Positions 38,745-52,511 of a stretch of 64,000 bases of DNA are shown one piece after another. How positions within the stretch are numbered: the first letter of the stretch is position 1; each line of letters starts with the position of its first letter. The position numbers and the translations under genes are program-made. The notes under the pieces are model-generated. The model had not been told where the DNA came from. It worked only from the letters and a program-made list of their open reading frames with translations, and made no database searches. This DNA is from Somniosus microcephalus (lineage: Eukaryota), in the NCBI GenBank assembly GCA_052327205.1, contig JBMRGM010000043.1, positions 31,434,001-31,498,000 of the forward strand. The letters are read 5' to 3'.

Positions 38745-39023
38745 AGCTCTTCTCCAAACCTACATTGAGGGCTGATTCTGAAGCTCAAATATTTGAGGGC
38801 CAACAGTTAAATCTCGCATGTTTGGTTGAAATATTTCGCTCCAATTCGTCTTTGAGATATGTATTTTTCAAAAATGAACAAGCTCTCAATTCAGCGGCAG
38901 ACCACAACTATTACATCAAGGAGACATCACTGCTGGACGATTCGGGGATTTACCAGTGTGAAGCAAGTACTTTGAACAGTGAGGTGAAGAAACTGAGTAA
39001 TCAGGTTTCTGTTTCAGTCAGAC
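38745..39023 (+). CDS. Ig exon (D3-like), gene B
   Basis: 279 nt, ELFSKPTLRA..LAC..DSGIYQCEAST..VSVR; tAG / GTGAGT. Confidence 0.9.
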
Positions 39024-39902
39024 GTGAGTACAATTTACTGTTAGAATTTAGCATCTTTCATCCACAAAATTCCCAGCAGGTTCGCACACGGGGATTGATC
39101 CGTGAAGTAAGGGCCTTACCTATATGTTCAACATGCACTGAATACATAAATAACTAAATTATTGTCGCATAGACAACAGGGGAAAGGAAATAATAGCATG
39201 TTTATACAACACATTCGTGAGGCCACAGATACTGTGTCCAATGTCCTGCCTTCCATTTTAAAGAGAACAGTAAAATCACAGAAAACGGGCAGCGTTGATT
39301 CACCAGATGACGCCAGGGATGGAAAACTTTATTCACCAGAATAGACTTGAGCTACTGGCACGAACACTACCGGAGTAGCCATGGCTAAGAGTTATTTCAT
39401 TACTGTTTATTACATGATAAGACCGAGATAGGGTGATAAGGGAATGGTATTTACTCTGATTGCGAAGACAGGAAGGAGGGATCATTGATGTATAATTATC
39501 AATATAAGCGGGAGGATAGCTTAGAAGAACGTTCTTTATTCGAGGATTGCTGGAACAAAGAATGATTGGCCAAGTGGAGCAGTGGAGTTAGATGCAATTG
39601 CATTTAGGTAGATAGTGTTTATGGTACTGGAATAGTGCAGAGTTAGTAGGAATCAGTACCAGGCCAGAGATAGTAGGGTGGCCACTAGTGGATTGCAATA
39701 GGAATCATTGCAGTTCCAGAATCAGTTTTTCCTCTATTAATTCCACTGACTGCTGAAGTAGGAGAGGGGCACGGGCGCCCAAGATTGGAGTGGTAACCTA
39801 AATGACGAGGCTCTTTATTTTGATGAGAGCCCTATTTCACTTTGAAAGTAATACTACAAATTCCACAAAAGCAATGTAATTGACAAATGGTTATATTTAC
39901 TG

Positions 39903-40190
39903 GAATCCCAGTGTCCAAACCGGAACTGGCAATCAGCCCTGGTAAAGAGTTACTGGAAGGCGACACAGCATCGTTAACCTGCTCAGTGTTCAACGGTTCT
40001 ACCCCGATTACCTACATATTGTACAAAGGCCCAAATAAAGAACTCTTCCGAGAGGAGTCCAACCTAACCGAAATTACTTACCAAATCGGTAAAGTCAACC
40101 AAAGCACCCAAGGGGATTATATTTGTGGTGTTTCAAACGAAGCGACCAGACGTCCTCTACACAGCGATTTTGTTACGGTTGCAGTGCTAG
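39903..40190 (+). CDS. Ig exon (D5-like), gene B, canonical acceptor mutated
   Basis: Open 288-nt paralog of 9325-9612; TG replaces AG at 39901-39902; in-frame AG at 39910-39911. Confidence 0.72.
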
Positions 40191-41846
40191 GTGAGTTATT
40201 ATAAATACCTCTGAGGCAGAACGAAACAAGTGACTCAGTGAGAACAGTCCGGGAATCACTGCTTTTGCCAATAGCTTGGACGTTGTAACATCTTCTTTGA
40301 CATTCTTCTGTGTGAAGTGAGGCACTGCGCCATTTACATTAAACAGGTGAATGCCTAAAAAGAACAAGAATGTCATCTGATTGCATCAAGTATTGGTCTA
40401 CAAACTGCAACTGTTAGTTGTAGATTTAAAACGGCCGATCAGTCTGTTTAATTGACAAATTGAGAGAAGTTATACGGAGAGGTTAATGACGACTCAAATC
40501 TTAATACCATCGGCAGTAATTTTTGGGCTATAAATTTTAGAACATCATCTCTTAACCGTAGCTGCTAATACTTTTGTATTTGTATATGGGATTGGGCGTC
40601 GCTGGCAACATTTGCTTTAATTGGCCATCCCTAATTGCCCTTGAGAAGGTAGTGGTGAGCCACCTTCTTGAACCGCTGCAGTCCACGTGGTGATGGTACT
40701 CCCACAGTGCTGTGAGGGAGGGAGTTCCAGGATATTGACGCAGCAGCGATGAAGGATCGGCGATATACTTCTAAATCAGGGCAATGTGTGGCTTGGAGGG
40801 GACCTTGGAGGTGATGGTGTTTCCATGCCCCTGCGGCCCTTGTCCTTCTTGGGGGAAGAGGTCGCGGGTTTGGGAGGTGCTGCCGAAGAAGCCTTGGCGA
40901 GTTGCTGCAGTGCATCTTGTAGATGGTGCACACTGCAGCCACGGTGTGCCAGTGGTGGAGGGAGTGAATGTTTAAGGTGGTGGATGGGGTGACAATCAAG
41001 GGGGCTGCATTGTCCTGATGGTGTTAAGATTCTTTAGTGTTGTTGGAGCTGCACTCAATAGAAAAGTGGAGAGTATTCCATCACTCCTTAATTGTGCCTT
41101 GTAGATGGTGGAAAGTCTTTGTGGAGTCAGGAGGTGAGACACGCGCCAGAGATTACCTAGACTCTGACCTGCTCGTGCTGATAATATATTTCAAGCTCAG
41201 TTGGACAATATAGGTTCCATCCCTATATTGGAAGATGGGCAACAGTGGAGCCCTCAGGCTTTCGGCCCGAATTAAGCTTTGCTCTGAAGCGGGCCATTGT
41301 AACTTTAGCCGAAGGTGAAACATGGGTCATATCGTAGAGTTCGCCCATTATAATCAACGTCATATATTTCCTTCCATTGCCTGGTGGATTCCCCCCGCAT
41401 TGTTCTGTATGTAACTCAGCGCAAGTTGTACTGATGGCTCATTGTCACCACCACATTGAGGCCGGTGACAAAGGAAATCTGCACATGTTTCAGTGCATTA
41501 ACGAACCTACCTGAAAACAATCATCTTGTTTGTCCACTCGCTATATTTCCCGTTTCATATACAGTCCTGTTGAAAACTTTCAATTTTGGAAGAAAACCTA
41601 CTATTTGGTGTTATGTGCAGAAACATTAGTTAGAACTAATATTCAATATCACTAATGGAACAGCGCAAGGACAATTCTGAACTAAATATTTTCGCCAATG
41701 CATTTACACCTGATCAACAATTCTTGCACCAGTCTGATTTATTTATCTGATTTAATCTAAGTGAGTACTCAAAATAGGTTTCAATTTTGAATTGTAACTT
41801 GCAGAATTAATTCTCTACATCTTTAATCTTATCTGCTTTCCACTAG

Positions 41847-42149
41847 TTCCTGCAGCTGGTGCTTCTCTCACTTCCAATGCCAACAAAACTGAGATTTCAG
41901 CGGGGGACCGTCTCTTTCTCCAGTGCCTGGTGAAGAGAGGCACTGCACTGCTTTTCCGCTGGTACCTGAACAACCAACAGTTAGGAAACAACAGCGAATC
42001 TTATCACTTAAGCAGGGACGGGAGTGAACTCATTATCAATTCATTCCAGACAGGCCATGGAGGTCGATATCACTGTGTAGCGACCAACAGAGGGAGCTTT
42101 GAAGGAATAGTAATGACAACCAGCAATTATATCGATGTCACGGTACCAT
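41847..42149 (+). CDS. Membrane-proximal Ig exon, gene B
   Basis: 303 nt, VPAAGASL..GDRLFLQCLVKRGT..FRWYLN..HGGRYHCVATN..IDVTVP; tAG / GTAACA. Confidence 0.85.
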
Positions 42150-42979
42150 GTAACAGAACATTGTGCTTGATCTAATTTTATGAAATACTTTTCTTCCGTC
42201 AAAGTAAACAGTATATTGAATTTGCATGACTTATATCTCATAAAGAAAACATTGCAGCTCAGGTGGAAATTTATAAGTATAGTTTCTGATTAAGAAATTG
42301 AACTTAACTAGGTGAAAACCGTGCTGAAATAAACTAGCAAATTTTCACAAGGGTGCTTTTGAAGTTGAAATTGATAAGGATACAAAGCAGAGCCATGGTC
42401 ATAAAGTGACAGAGAGGGGAAGTTTGGGAGGGGTGAGCAAAAACCTGGCTGCAAATATGGTTCCTGTGAGGATGTTTGAAGCAGGCTGTAGTAGAGGTGG
42501 TTTAGGAGAGTAGAGCCAAAGCACTTTCACTAATGGTGTGACACAGGAAGCGCGTGAGCCCAATAGGCCACAAATTAACTGACTGAGGGCTGTAAGGATG
42601 GAGATATAATTGGAGGATATATGTAAGAAATATAGTGAACACGACGACCAGGTGTTTAAAATTGTTACATTCGAGGACAGGAAGCTAGATTGGAAAAGTG
42701 GCGAGTAGGAATTGGTGTGGGACAGGGATGTCTTGTTTAGTTGTAGTTTGTGGATGGCGGCGTTGGGAGCTCAGCAAGGAAGGCATGGTAATAATCGACC
42801 CTAGAGCTGACAAATCCATGGACCAATGTTCCAGGTTCGTGGGTCTCAGGTGGGTAGAAAGGGAATCCATTCAGTGCAGATTTTAAAAACAATTTTAATT
42901 CGGTGTATGGTGCGGTGTTGGATTTGTAATGCTTGGAATGGTTTTATGCTATTCATGTAATAAGTTTGTTTGATTCCAG

Positions 42980-43081
42980 CACAAAGTCACACAACCGCGA
43001 TCACAGCAACAGTTCTTCCACTTTTTCTGATCGCTGCCCTGATTGCACTGGTTTTCTTCAAACTTCGGAAGCAGAAACAAG
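42980..43081 (+). CDS. Transmembrane exon, gene B
   Basis: 102 nt, QSHTTAITATVLPLFLIAALIALVFFKLRKQKQ. Confidence 0.9.
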
Positions 43082-43606
43082 GTGAGCAGTGTCTTCCGGG
43101 CAGGTGATTGGCTCGACAGACACGGGATGGGATTCATTACCCAACATATTCAGTTGCATCATTCGAAATGTAACAGACTGATTTGAGAGGGAGAGGCACA
43201 GTTTGGGCAGGAGTGCAAAGAGTTATTTACATGGATGAATTCGGTTGATGAACTCAGCTTGCTTAGTTGAGGATATGTTTCCGCTTCTACCATTCTCAAA
43301 AGGAATAAATCTGTGCCAGGGGGAGAATAATAACTGGCACGTGGTTAGGAAGAGAATGTGAAATCTGCTTGATGATTTGTAATGATTGGTGATATCTTAA
43401 ATTTTTCCAGAAGTTCTTTGTGCATTCGTGCTCTGTTTTATTTAATTATTGATATAAATGCACGTGTGTAACAGTTTTTAATTATTAACAATGAAAATGC
43501 TTACTGTCTGACGATTATTTCAGGAAACCAAAACCATCTCTAGGCAGTAGAAGTGCCATATTTATTGCACAACTTGCTGAAATATGTCTCTTTCTATTTT
43601 ATCCAG

Positions 43607-43637
43607 ACAATTCCTCAAGTGTTTCACAGCCGCAGGG
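43607..43637 (+). CDS. Cytoplasmic mini-exon 1, gene B
   Basis: 31 nt, DNSSSVSQPQG; cAG / GTAAGT. Confidence 0.8.
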
Positions 43638-45638
43638 GTAAGTCTGCAAAATCTTTATATTAGTCCATCGTAACTATATCCATGATTATACTGAAAGCTG
43701 AAAATCCTCTTTGGCCCGGGTGCAAATTATACGCCCCCAATTGGAACCGAATATTGGACTCGACCTAGACGGTCGCTAGTTGCGCCTTTTATGCCTCCAC
43801 GTACAAATGGAATTACACCCCATAGTCTCTGATATAGCTCCGATGGAGACGGTTGGAATGTTTAAGTGCTAAATACTCTCTTTTTTTGTTCTTGCTTTTT
43901 AGTTTATCAACAGGTCAGTCAGCCTAACATAGTTATTGGAAACCATTATTAGGGAAAAAATAAACATTAATTTGTAAAGACATTGTTTAATCAAGGAGAT
44001 GCAACATGGATTTGTTAAAGGAAATCATGTGTGACTAACTTGATTGAATATTTGATGAGTTAACAGAGACTTTTGATCAAGATGGTGTAGTAGATGTTGC
44101 ATATATTGACTTGCAGAAGGCAGTCATCCGAGGCTTGTTAAAAAAGATGTAAACCCATGGGATTAAGGGAAAGTGGCGTTATGGATACAGAATGGGCTCG
44201 GTGACAGGAAGCAGAGAGTGGTGGTGGATGGATATTTCTCAGACGGGGAGGTGGTTTTGCAGTGGTGTTCCCCAACAGTCATTTTGGGGTCCAGTACTCT
44301 TTGAATTTTAATGACTGACCTAGACAAAGGTGTAAGGAGCAACATTGTAAATCTGCAGATGATACATAACTTGGCCAGGTAGTAGATTGTGATGAGGATA
44401 GTTGTAGTCTTCAGGGTGACATAGACAGGAATGGTTAAATGGGCAGAAGCATGGCAGATGGAGTTCAACCTGGAACTGTGAAGTGATGTACTTTTGGAGA
44501 ACTAATCTGGAAAGACAATATACAACAAAAGCCACGATTTTGAAAAGTGTAGATGAGCAGAAATACTTTGGTGTGCATATACACAAATCCTTAAATATGA
44601 CATGGCAAGTAGATAAGTTGGTTAAAGAAGCATATGGATCATTTGTTTTTTTAAAATAGCAGCTTATAATGTAAAAGCAAAGAGAACAAGCTAGAACTTT
44701 ATGAATCAATGTTTAGGTCTCAGCTGGACAATTCATGGTAGCAACTCATCAAGGCTTCTTCGGCAGCAGCTCCAAAACACGCAAACTCTTCCAACTAGAA
44801 GGACAAGGGCAGCAGGCGCATGGGAACACCACCACCTCCAAGTTCCCCTCCAAGTCACACACCATCCTGACTTAGAAGTATATCGCCGATCCTTCATCGC
44901 CGCTGGGTCAAAATCCTGGAACTCCCTCCCTAACAGCACTGTGGGAGTACCTTCACCACACGGACTGCAGCGGTTCAAGGAGGCGGCTCACCACCACCTT
45001 CTCAAGGGGCAACTAGGGATGGGCAATAAATGCTGACCTTGCCAGCGACACCCACATCCAAAATACGAATAAAACCACACTTCAGGAAACATAGTAAGAG
45101 GCAAAGAAAGGTTACAGCGGAGGTTTACAGGATATTGCAAGGGATGAGGGACTTTATTTACGAGCAGTGGTTGGATAATTAGGACATGGAATAGAGAAGG
45201 TTAAGAGGTGAGCCATTAGAGATTTTCAAGGGGATGAGAAGTTTTGTTAGAGTAGATAGAGAAACAATATTCCCTCTTGGTCAATAACTAGAGGTCATAG
45301 ATTTAACATCATTGTATAAAGATCTTGAGGGGAGATGTGGAGAAATATTTTTCAATGAGAGAGTTGTCGGGATGTAGAATGCTCTACCTGAAAATTTGGT
45401 GGAAGCTATTTCCATCAATAACTTTAGCAGTGAGTTGGACGGATCGTTGACGATGAGGACCATTTAGGGCTGCGGACAACAGCCAGGGATATGGGACTAA
45501 GTACGATTGCTCCTTCAAGGCATTCTATGTTCTGTATATCTACTTCTGAATTCTATGATTCTGTAACATTTCGTTAAAAGTTAACTTTGCGTTGTTGATG
45601 CATGAATCCTAAATATCTGAGAACATTTTCGTGCACAG

Positions 45639-45730
45639 TGTGGCAACTGAAAATAAATCTCTAACCCCGAGTGAAGAAACATCTGCGAACAATTTCGAGT
45701 ATGCAGTTGTGGGATCAGCCCGAAATACCG
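45639..45730 (+). CDS. Cytoplasmic exon 2, gene B (ITIM-like FEYAVV)
   Basis: 92 nt, VATENKSLTPSEETSANNFEYAVVGSARNT; cAG / GTAAGC. Confidence 0.82.
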
Positions 45731-46720
45731 GTAAGCGTGAACTGACACATGTGAAAAATATGGTAGATTGTTCATGGTAACATTGGTTCTGCCGGTAACC
45801 CATCGTATCTTCGGTGGAATATCGGTAAATATTCAGGGAAACGGCCATATATGCATGGCTTGCGGCAATATTCCACTGACGTTGTGACAGGACATGGTGG
45901 AAATCACCCATGGACATTGGAGTTCTTCATCTGCAAGCATTCAGAATACCCTCGTGTTAGATTCCCATCTTATTGTCTGGGTATTAAGCATCGCATGGGT
46001 CGAGCATACTCAGGGAAATAGTTGAGGCACTTGGCACGGTTCAATTGAACCATGTTAGTGGAAAGAAAAGCTGGTTGGTTCCGTAAAGGATGTGCCTGTT
46101 GCCCCAGCAGACTGAGCAGTCTGCGCTCTTTGCAGGTGATGCTAACTGTTCCGATGCCAAAACAAAAATCTACCCCCTATTCCCTTTTAATTTTGAATTC
46201 ATTATTTCCTCTACCTCTCATTTTTCTTTTTTCTGATGGTAGTGGTTCTCAATCGGCTGGGATTGATAGGTGGACATCTGGGTGCTAGTCCAAAGTTTTA
46301 ATCTCGGAACCTGATAATCAGACATATTGAACAATATCTTGAGTATTAAATTGATTTGGGGAACTGTCTCCTCCCCACCATTACAAATCAACTTTCCAAG
46401 CAAAGGATGCTGGAACTGGTCCTCAGCCCGATATCTGGGTGCCTGGAATGGAGTAATCAGAGAATATGCTTCTCACCGTCACCCTGTTTACAAGCAAGCG
46501 ACTCAGCCCAGCCCTATGGCTTGGGACCAAAACACTTCATGAATTTGCTCACGGGACGGTGGATCAGCTTGTATTGATCAGGATAATTAGTTGCTTAATT
46601 TTAATACCAGTAAACACAGCAGTAAATTTCTAATCATGAATTGTAGGTTGTGTCTGGTATCTAAATGCTTCCTTAATTAACTATGTCATTGAGCACAGTT
46701 TCCATTTATTCTCTCTGCAG

Positions 46721-46777
46721 CTTCTATTTCCAATCATATAATCTACAGTGTAGTCCAAGGCACGAAACCTATGGAAG
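46721..46777 (+). CDS. ITIM exon copy 1, gene B (IIYSVV)
   Basis: 57 nt, ASISNHIIYSVVQGTKPME; cAG / GTAAGG. Confidence 0.82.
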
Positions 46778-47556
46778 GTAAGGATTCGCCTTGTTACTTG
46801 GCTGGAGGGATTTGTATATCTCATAGGGCTTCATAACTACTGTGAGGGTAGCGACTGTCTTCAGACTGTGAGAAGTAATCTGGGAAGGGTCTGAATCCAT
46901 TGATGCATTATAGGACTGGCACCACAATCACAGTATTTGTAAATGACAAAATCACTATTGGCACTTTGTAAGTTCCATCTCTCGGGAGTAGTATCCTTAG
47001 AACCTGCACACGAACTCCACTGTTCTGGTTTTTAGATAACTATTGTGTGGAACATCGTAATTGGCCAGACTCTTAATGTCACCATAAAATGCAACGACGA
47101 TAACAAATCCTTAATATAACTCGATCGATACAGTTGAAGGCAAGTAACGTGTACATTTGGCAAACATAATCCATTCTTGGACATTTAAATCAATGCTATG
47201 CAATTAATGGTTATATAACTGAGGGGAATGATATGCTCTAATTCCATGCACTATATACATATTATGGATACTAATACGATTTTCTCAATTCATTATCGCT
47301 GTCAATTAATTTATACCAAGCAATCAGTCAGTCTAGCTCTGTAAATAGGTATCCATGTGTCCGTCAATATCTTTCTATCTATGACTTTGCTCACGGGCCT
47401 GTGGAGCAGCTTTTATTGATCAGGTTAATTAGTTGCTTCATTTTAAAACCAGTGAACACAGCAGTAAATTTCCAATCATGAATTGTAGGATGGATCTGGT
47501 ATCTAAGTGCTTCCTTGATTATCATTGATCGCAGTTTCCTCTTTCTCGCTCTACAG

Positions 47557-47613
47557 CTTCTAGTTCTGATCAGATAACCCACAGTTTAGTACAAGGCACG
47601 AAGCCCATGGAAG
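47557..47613 (+). CDS. ITIM exon copy 2, gene B (Tyr to His, ITHSLV)
   Basis: 57 nt, ASSSDQITHSLVQGTKPME; splice sites intact. Confidence 0.78.
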
Positions 47614-48378
47614 GTAAGGATTCGCTGTGTTACTTTGCTGGAGGGCTTGTTAACTACTGTAAGGGTAGTGACTGTCTTCAGATTGTGAGACATCATCTGG
47701 GAAGAGCCTGAATCGATTGATGCATTATAGGACTGAAACCACAATACCAGTATTTGTAAATGAAAAAAATCACTATAGGCACTTTGTAAGTTCCATCTCT
47801 CGGGAGTAGTATCCTTAGAACCCGCACACAAACTCCCCTGTTCTGATTCTTAGATAACATCATAATTGGCTGGACAATTAATGTTGCCATAAACTGCAAT
47901 GACGATAACAAATGCTTAATATAAGTCGATCAATAAAGTTGAAGGCAAATAATGTGTACTTTTGGTGGCAAACATCATCCATTCTTGGACATTTAAAACA
48001 ATGCTATTCAATTAATGGTTATATATCATCCTTATTAAACTTATGGAAATGACATCATCTATTCCCATGCACTAAATTCATATTATGGATACTAATACGG
48101 TTGTCTCAATACATTATCGCTAGCAATTAATTTATATCAAGCAATCAATCAGTCTACCTCTGTAAATAGCTATCCATGTATCCATCAATATCTTTCTATC
48201 TATGTATCTATCTATCTTTATATCTATCTTCCAAATATCTATGTATCTTTCTATCTATCACTCCATGTCTTCCTCCCTATTTCTCTATATATATCTATCG
48301 TCCCTCTATCATCTATATATTAATCCATCTTAATGAAGCCTTATTTTTGTCTTGTTTTCTCTTTTTGTTTCTGTTTAG

Positions 48379-48444
48379 ATATTACCGGAAATGCTGCCAA
48401 TTTAGTGTATTCGGAGGTCACGATCAGAAAGTCACGAGGCTGTG
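48379..48444 (+). CDS. ITIM exon, gene B (LVYSEV)
   Basis: 66 nt, DITGNAANLVYSEVTIRKSRGC; tAG / GTAATT. Confidence 0.85.
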
Positions 48445-51400
48445 GTAATTTCTGTCAATTGATCGCAGCTGTTGCTAAGCAAGATGATAATTACAGTTCT
48501 ACATAATGTTGGGTTATTCCTCTGCTTGATATAGTTGGAATGAGGTACATGGACTGTAAACTAAATAGTGGGGAGGGGGGAGGGTTCAGTTGAAGGGGAA
48601 TTTAGAAAGTCAAACAGAAAGGAGGAGGTAACAGTGCAAGGTAGCGATAGGGGTAATGATAACCAGAGATTGACAGGAGGAGACAAAGCATACAGACATA
48701 AACGTGCACTTGCAAACAGATTCAGAGTAGTTAAAAATGGTATAAAAATAAATAAAAGCTCTTTAACTGAATGCATGCAGCATTCATAACAGGATAGATG
48801 AGTTGCCGGCACAAATCGAAATAAATGGGCATGATCTGATAGTCATTACAGAGACGGGGTTGCAAGGTGACCAATTCTGGGAACTGAATATTCAAGGGTA
48901 TTTGATATTTCGGAAGAATAGGCAGAAAGCAAAAGGAGTTGGGTAACTCTTTTAATAAAGGATGTGATCAGTGCAGTGGTGAGAAATGATATTGGCTCAG
49001 AATATCAAAATATAGAATTTGTTTTAACGGAGATAATAAATAGTAAGGGAAATAAATCATTAGCGGGAGCAGTCTATAGCACTCCTAACTGTAGCTACAC
49101 TGTGTAGGACAGTGTATAAATCAAGAACTAATAGGGGCTTGTAAGTAAGGTACTGCGATAATCATGGGCGATTTTAATATTCATATAGCTAGAACAAATC
49201 TAATTGACAAGGTTAGCCTTGCGGACGAGTTCATAGAATGTATTCGGTATGGTTTCTTAGAACAATACGTTGTGGAATCAACCAGGGAGATGGCTATTTT
49301 AAATCTGGTAATATGTAATGGGGCAGGATTAATTAATGATCTCATGGTAAAGGATCCTCTTGTGAAGAGCGATCATAGCATGATGAATTTCTAATTCAGA
49401 TTCAGGGTGAGAAACTTGGGTCTGAAACTTAAATAAATTCAATTACAAAAGGTATGAAGAAAGAGTTGGCTAAAGTAGACTGGGAAAATAGATTAAAGTG
49501 TAAGACGGTAGATAGGCAGTGACAGATATTTAATGAGATTTTTCATAACTCTCAGCAAAGATTTATTGCAGTGTGAAAGAAAGACTCTACGAGAAGGATG
49601 AACATCCGGGGCTAACTGACGAAGTTTAGGATGGTATCAAATTGAAAGAAAATGCATAATATGTTGCAAAGATTCGTAGTAGGTGAGAATTGGGAAATTT
49701 TTGAAAATCAGCAAAGGATGACTAAAAAATTAATAGAGGTAGAAGATAGATTATGAAAGTAAACTAGCAAAGAATATAAAAAAACAGAGACTAAGAGCTT
49801 CAACAGGTATATAAATGAAAGATAATAGCTAAAGTAAACGTTGGTCCCTTAGATGATGGGACTGGGGAATTAGTAATGGGAAACGGGGAAATTGCAGAGA
49901 CATTTAACAAATATTTTGTATTGGTTTTCACGGTAGAAGACACAAAAAGCATCCCAATGATAATTGATAATCAAGGTGCTGTATTCACAATATATATCTA
50001 AAATTTGGGTGAGGGTCCCAAATGTAATATTTCCAAGTTTGCTGACATCACAAAACTAGGTGGGATTGTGAGTTGTGAGGAGGAGGCTAATAGGCTTCAA
50101 GCTAATTTAGACAAGTTGATTGAGTGGGCAAATACATGGCAGATGCAGTATAACGTGGATAAATCTGAAGTTATCCATTTCAGTACGAAAAACAGAAATG
50201 CAGAATATTATTTAAATGTTGATAGATTGGGAAATGTTGATGTACAGACGGACCTGGGCGTCCCTGTACACCAGTCACTGAAAGCAAACATGCAGGTGCA
50301 GCAAGCAGTTAGGAAGGGAAATTGAATGTTGGCCTTCATTGCAAGAGGAGTTGAGTACAGGAGCGAGGATGTACATTTATACAGGGCCTTGATGAGACCT
50401 TGGGAGTACGGTGTACAGTTTTGTTTTCCTTACCTAAGAAAGGATATACTTACGATAGAGGGAGTGCAGCGAGGGTTCATCAGACTGATTCCTGGGATGG
50501 CAGGACTGTCGTCTGAGGAGCGATTGGGCCGACTAAGCTTTATTCACGAGAGTTTAAAAGAATGTGAGTGTATCTCATTCAAACGTATAAAATTCTGACA
50601 GGGCTAGACAGACTGGATGCAGGGAGGATGTTTCCCCCGGCTGGTGGATCTAGAAGGATTGGTTACATTCTCAGGATGGCGTACATTCAAGGTTCTTAAA
50701 TGAAGTGGCTGCAAAGATAGTCGATGCATTGGTTGTAATCAACCAAATTTCCCTGGATTCTAGAGAGCTCCCAGCGGCTTGGAAATTCGCAAATTTAACG
50801 CTCCAATTGAAGAAAGGAAAGAGGCCAAAAGCAGGAAGCTATTGGCCAGTTAGCCTTACATCTGTCATTGGGAAAATGATGGAATCCATTATTAAGGAAT
50901 GAATAGCAGGACATATAGAAAATCATAATGCCATCTACTTGAGTCAACATGGTTTTATGGAAGGGAAATTGTGCTTGACAAATTTATTGGAGTCCTTTGA
51001 GGATGTAACGAGGAGTGTGGATAAAGGGGAACCAGTAGATGTAGTGTATTTGAATTTGCAAAAGTCATTCGCTAAGGTGCCAGATAAAAGGTTACTGCAC
51101 AAGATAAGAGCTCTCGGGCTTGGGGGTAATATATTAGCATGGATAGAGGATTGGCTAACTAACAGAAAACAAAGAGTCGGGATAAATGGGTCATTTTCCG
51201 GTTGGCTAACTGTAACTAGTGGGATGCCACAGGTATCAGTTCTGGGGCCTCCACTATTTACAATCTATATTTATGACCTGGCCAAATTTGCTGACGATAC
51301 AAAGGTACATGAGAAACAAGTTGTGAGGAGGACACAATTAGTTTGCAAAGGGATATAAATATGTTAAGTGAGTGGGCAGAAATTCGGCACATGCAGTATA

Positions 51401-52479
51401 ATGTGGGAAAATATGAGATTATCCACTTTGGTAAGAAAACTAATGAAACAAATTATTATTTAAATGGGGAGAGACTACCTAATGCTGCCATACATAGGGG
51501 ACTGGGTGTCCTCATACTTGAAACACAAACGGTTAGCATGCAAGTACAGCAAGTAATTAGGAAGGCAAATGGAATGTTGACCTTTATTGCCAGGGGGTGG
51601 AGCATAATAGTGGGGAAGTCTTGCTACAACTGGAGTATTGCGTGTAGTTCTGGTCCCCTTATTTCAGGCGGGATACACTTGCATTGGAGGCAGTTCAGAG
51701 ATGGTTCACTAGGTTAATTCCTGAGATGAAGGGGTTGTCTAAAGAAGAAATGTTGAGCAGGGTGGGCATTTACGCATTGGAGTTTAGAAGAATGAGAGGT
51801 GATCTTATTGAAACATATAAGATTCTGAGGGTGCTTGACAGGGTAGATTCAGGGAGGATGTTCCCCCTCGTGGGGGAATCTAGCAGTAGTGGACAAAGTT
51901 ACAGGATATGGGATCGCTCTTTTAAAACGATGATGAGGAGGAATTTCTTCTCTGAGGTTGTGAATCTTTGGAATTGTCTAACCCAATGAGCTGTGGAGGC
52001 AGAGTCATTGAGTATATTCAAGGTGGAGATAGACATATATTTGAGCTACAGGGGAGTTAAGGGTTTTGAGGAGCGGATGGGAAAGTGGGGATGAGGCCAA
52101 GTCAGATCAGTCATGGTCGTATTGAATGGTGGTGCAGGTTCGAGGGGCCGAATGGCCTACTCTTGCTCCTATTTATGTTTCTCATGAAATATCACGTAGA
52201 TGTTATTAGCAGGTGTAATTTTAACCTAACTCAGCCTGGTCGAAAAGGGACTGGGTCTGGTGAAATCCCTGTTGTCAATCGCACCCAATTTTACTCTCCT
52301 ACTACAAGGGAGAGTAAAGTCCATTGGGTGTACACCCACCCTGAAATTGTCCCGATCTCGTCAGTTTACTGCCAGGGTGGGTGATACTAAAATGACCCCG
52401 GATTAGGCTGGATTAATCTGATTCTGTTCATCAACTTCCCCAGATTGTTGCCTTTATAATGCATCTGCTTTATTTACAG

Positions 52480-52511
52480 ATAATGATGATGGCGCCTCAG
52501 GAAGGAAACAG
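52480..52511 (+). CDS. Cytoplasmic mini-exon, gene B
   Basis: 32 nt, DNDDGASGRKQ; cAG / GTAAGT. Confidence 0.8.

Larger units (their letters stand above)
46539..48200 (+). repeat. Two-unit tandem duplication (~842 bp) containing the ITIM exon
   Basis: Units begin atgaatttgctcacggg (46539) and atgactttgctcacggg (47381). Confidence 0.88.
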
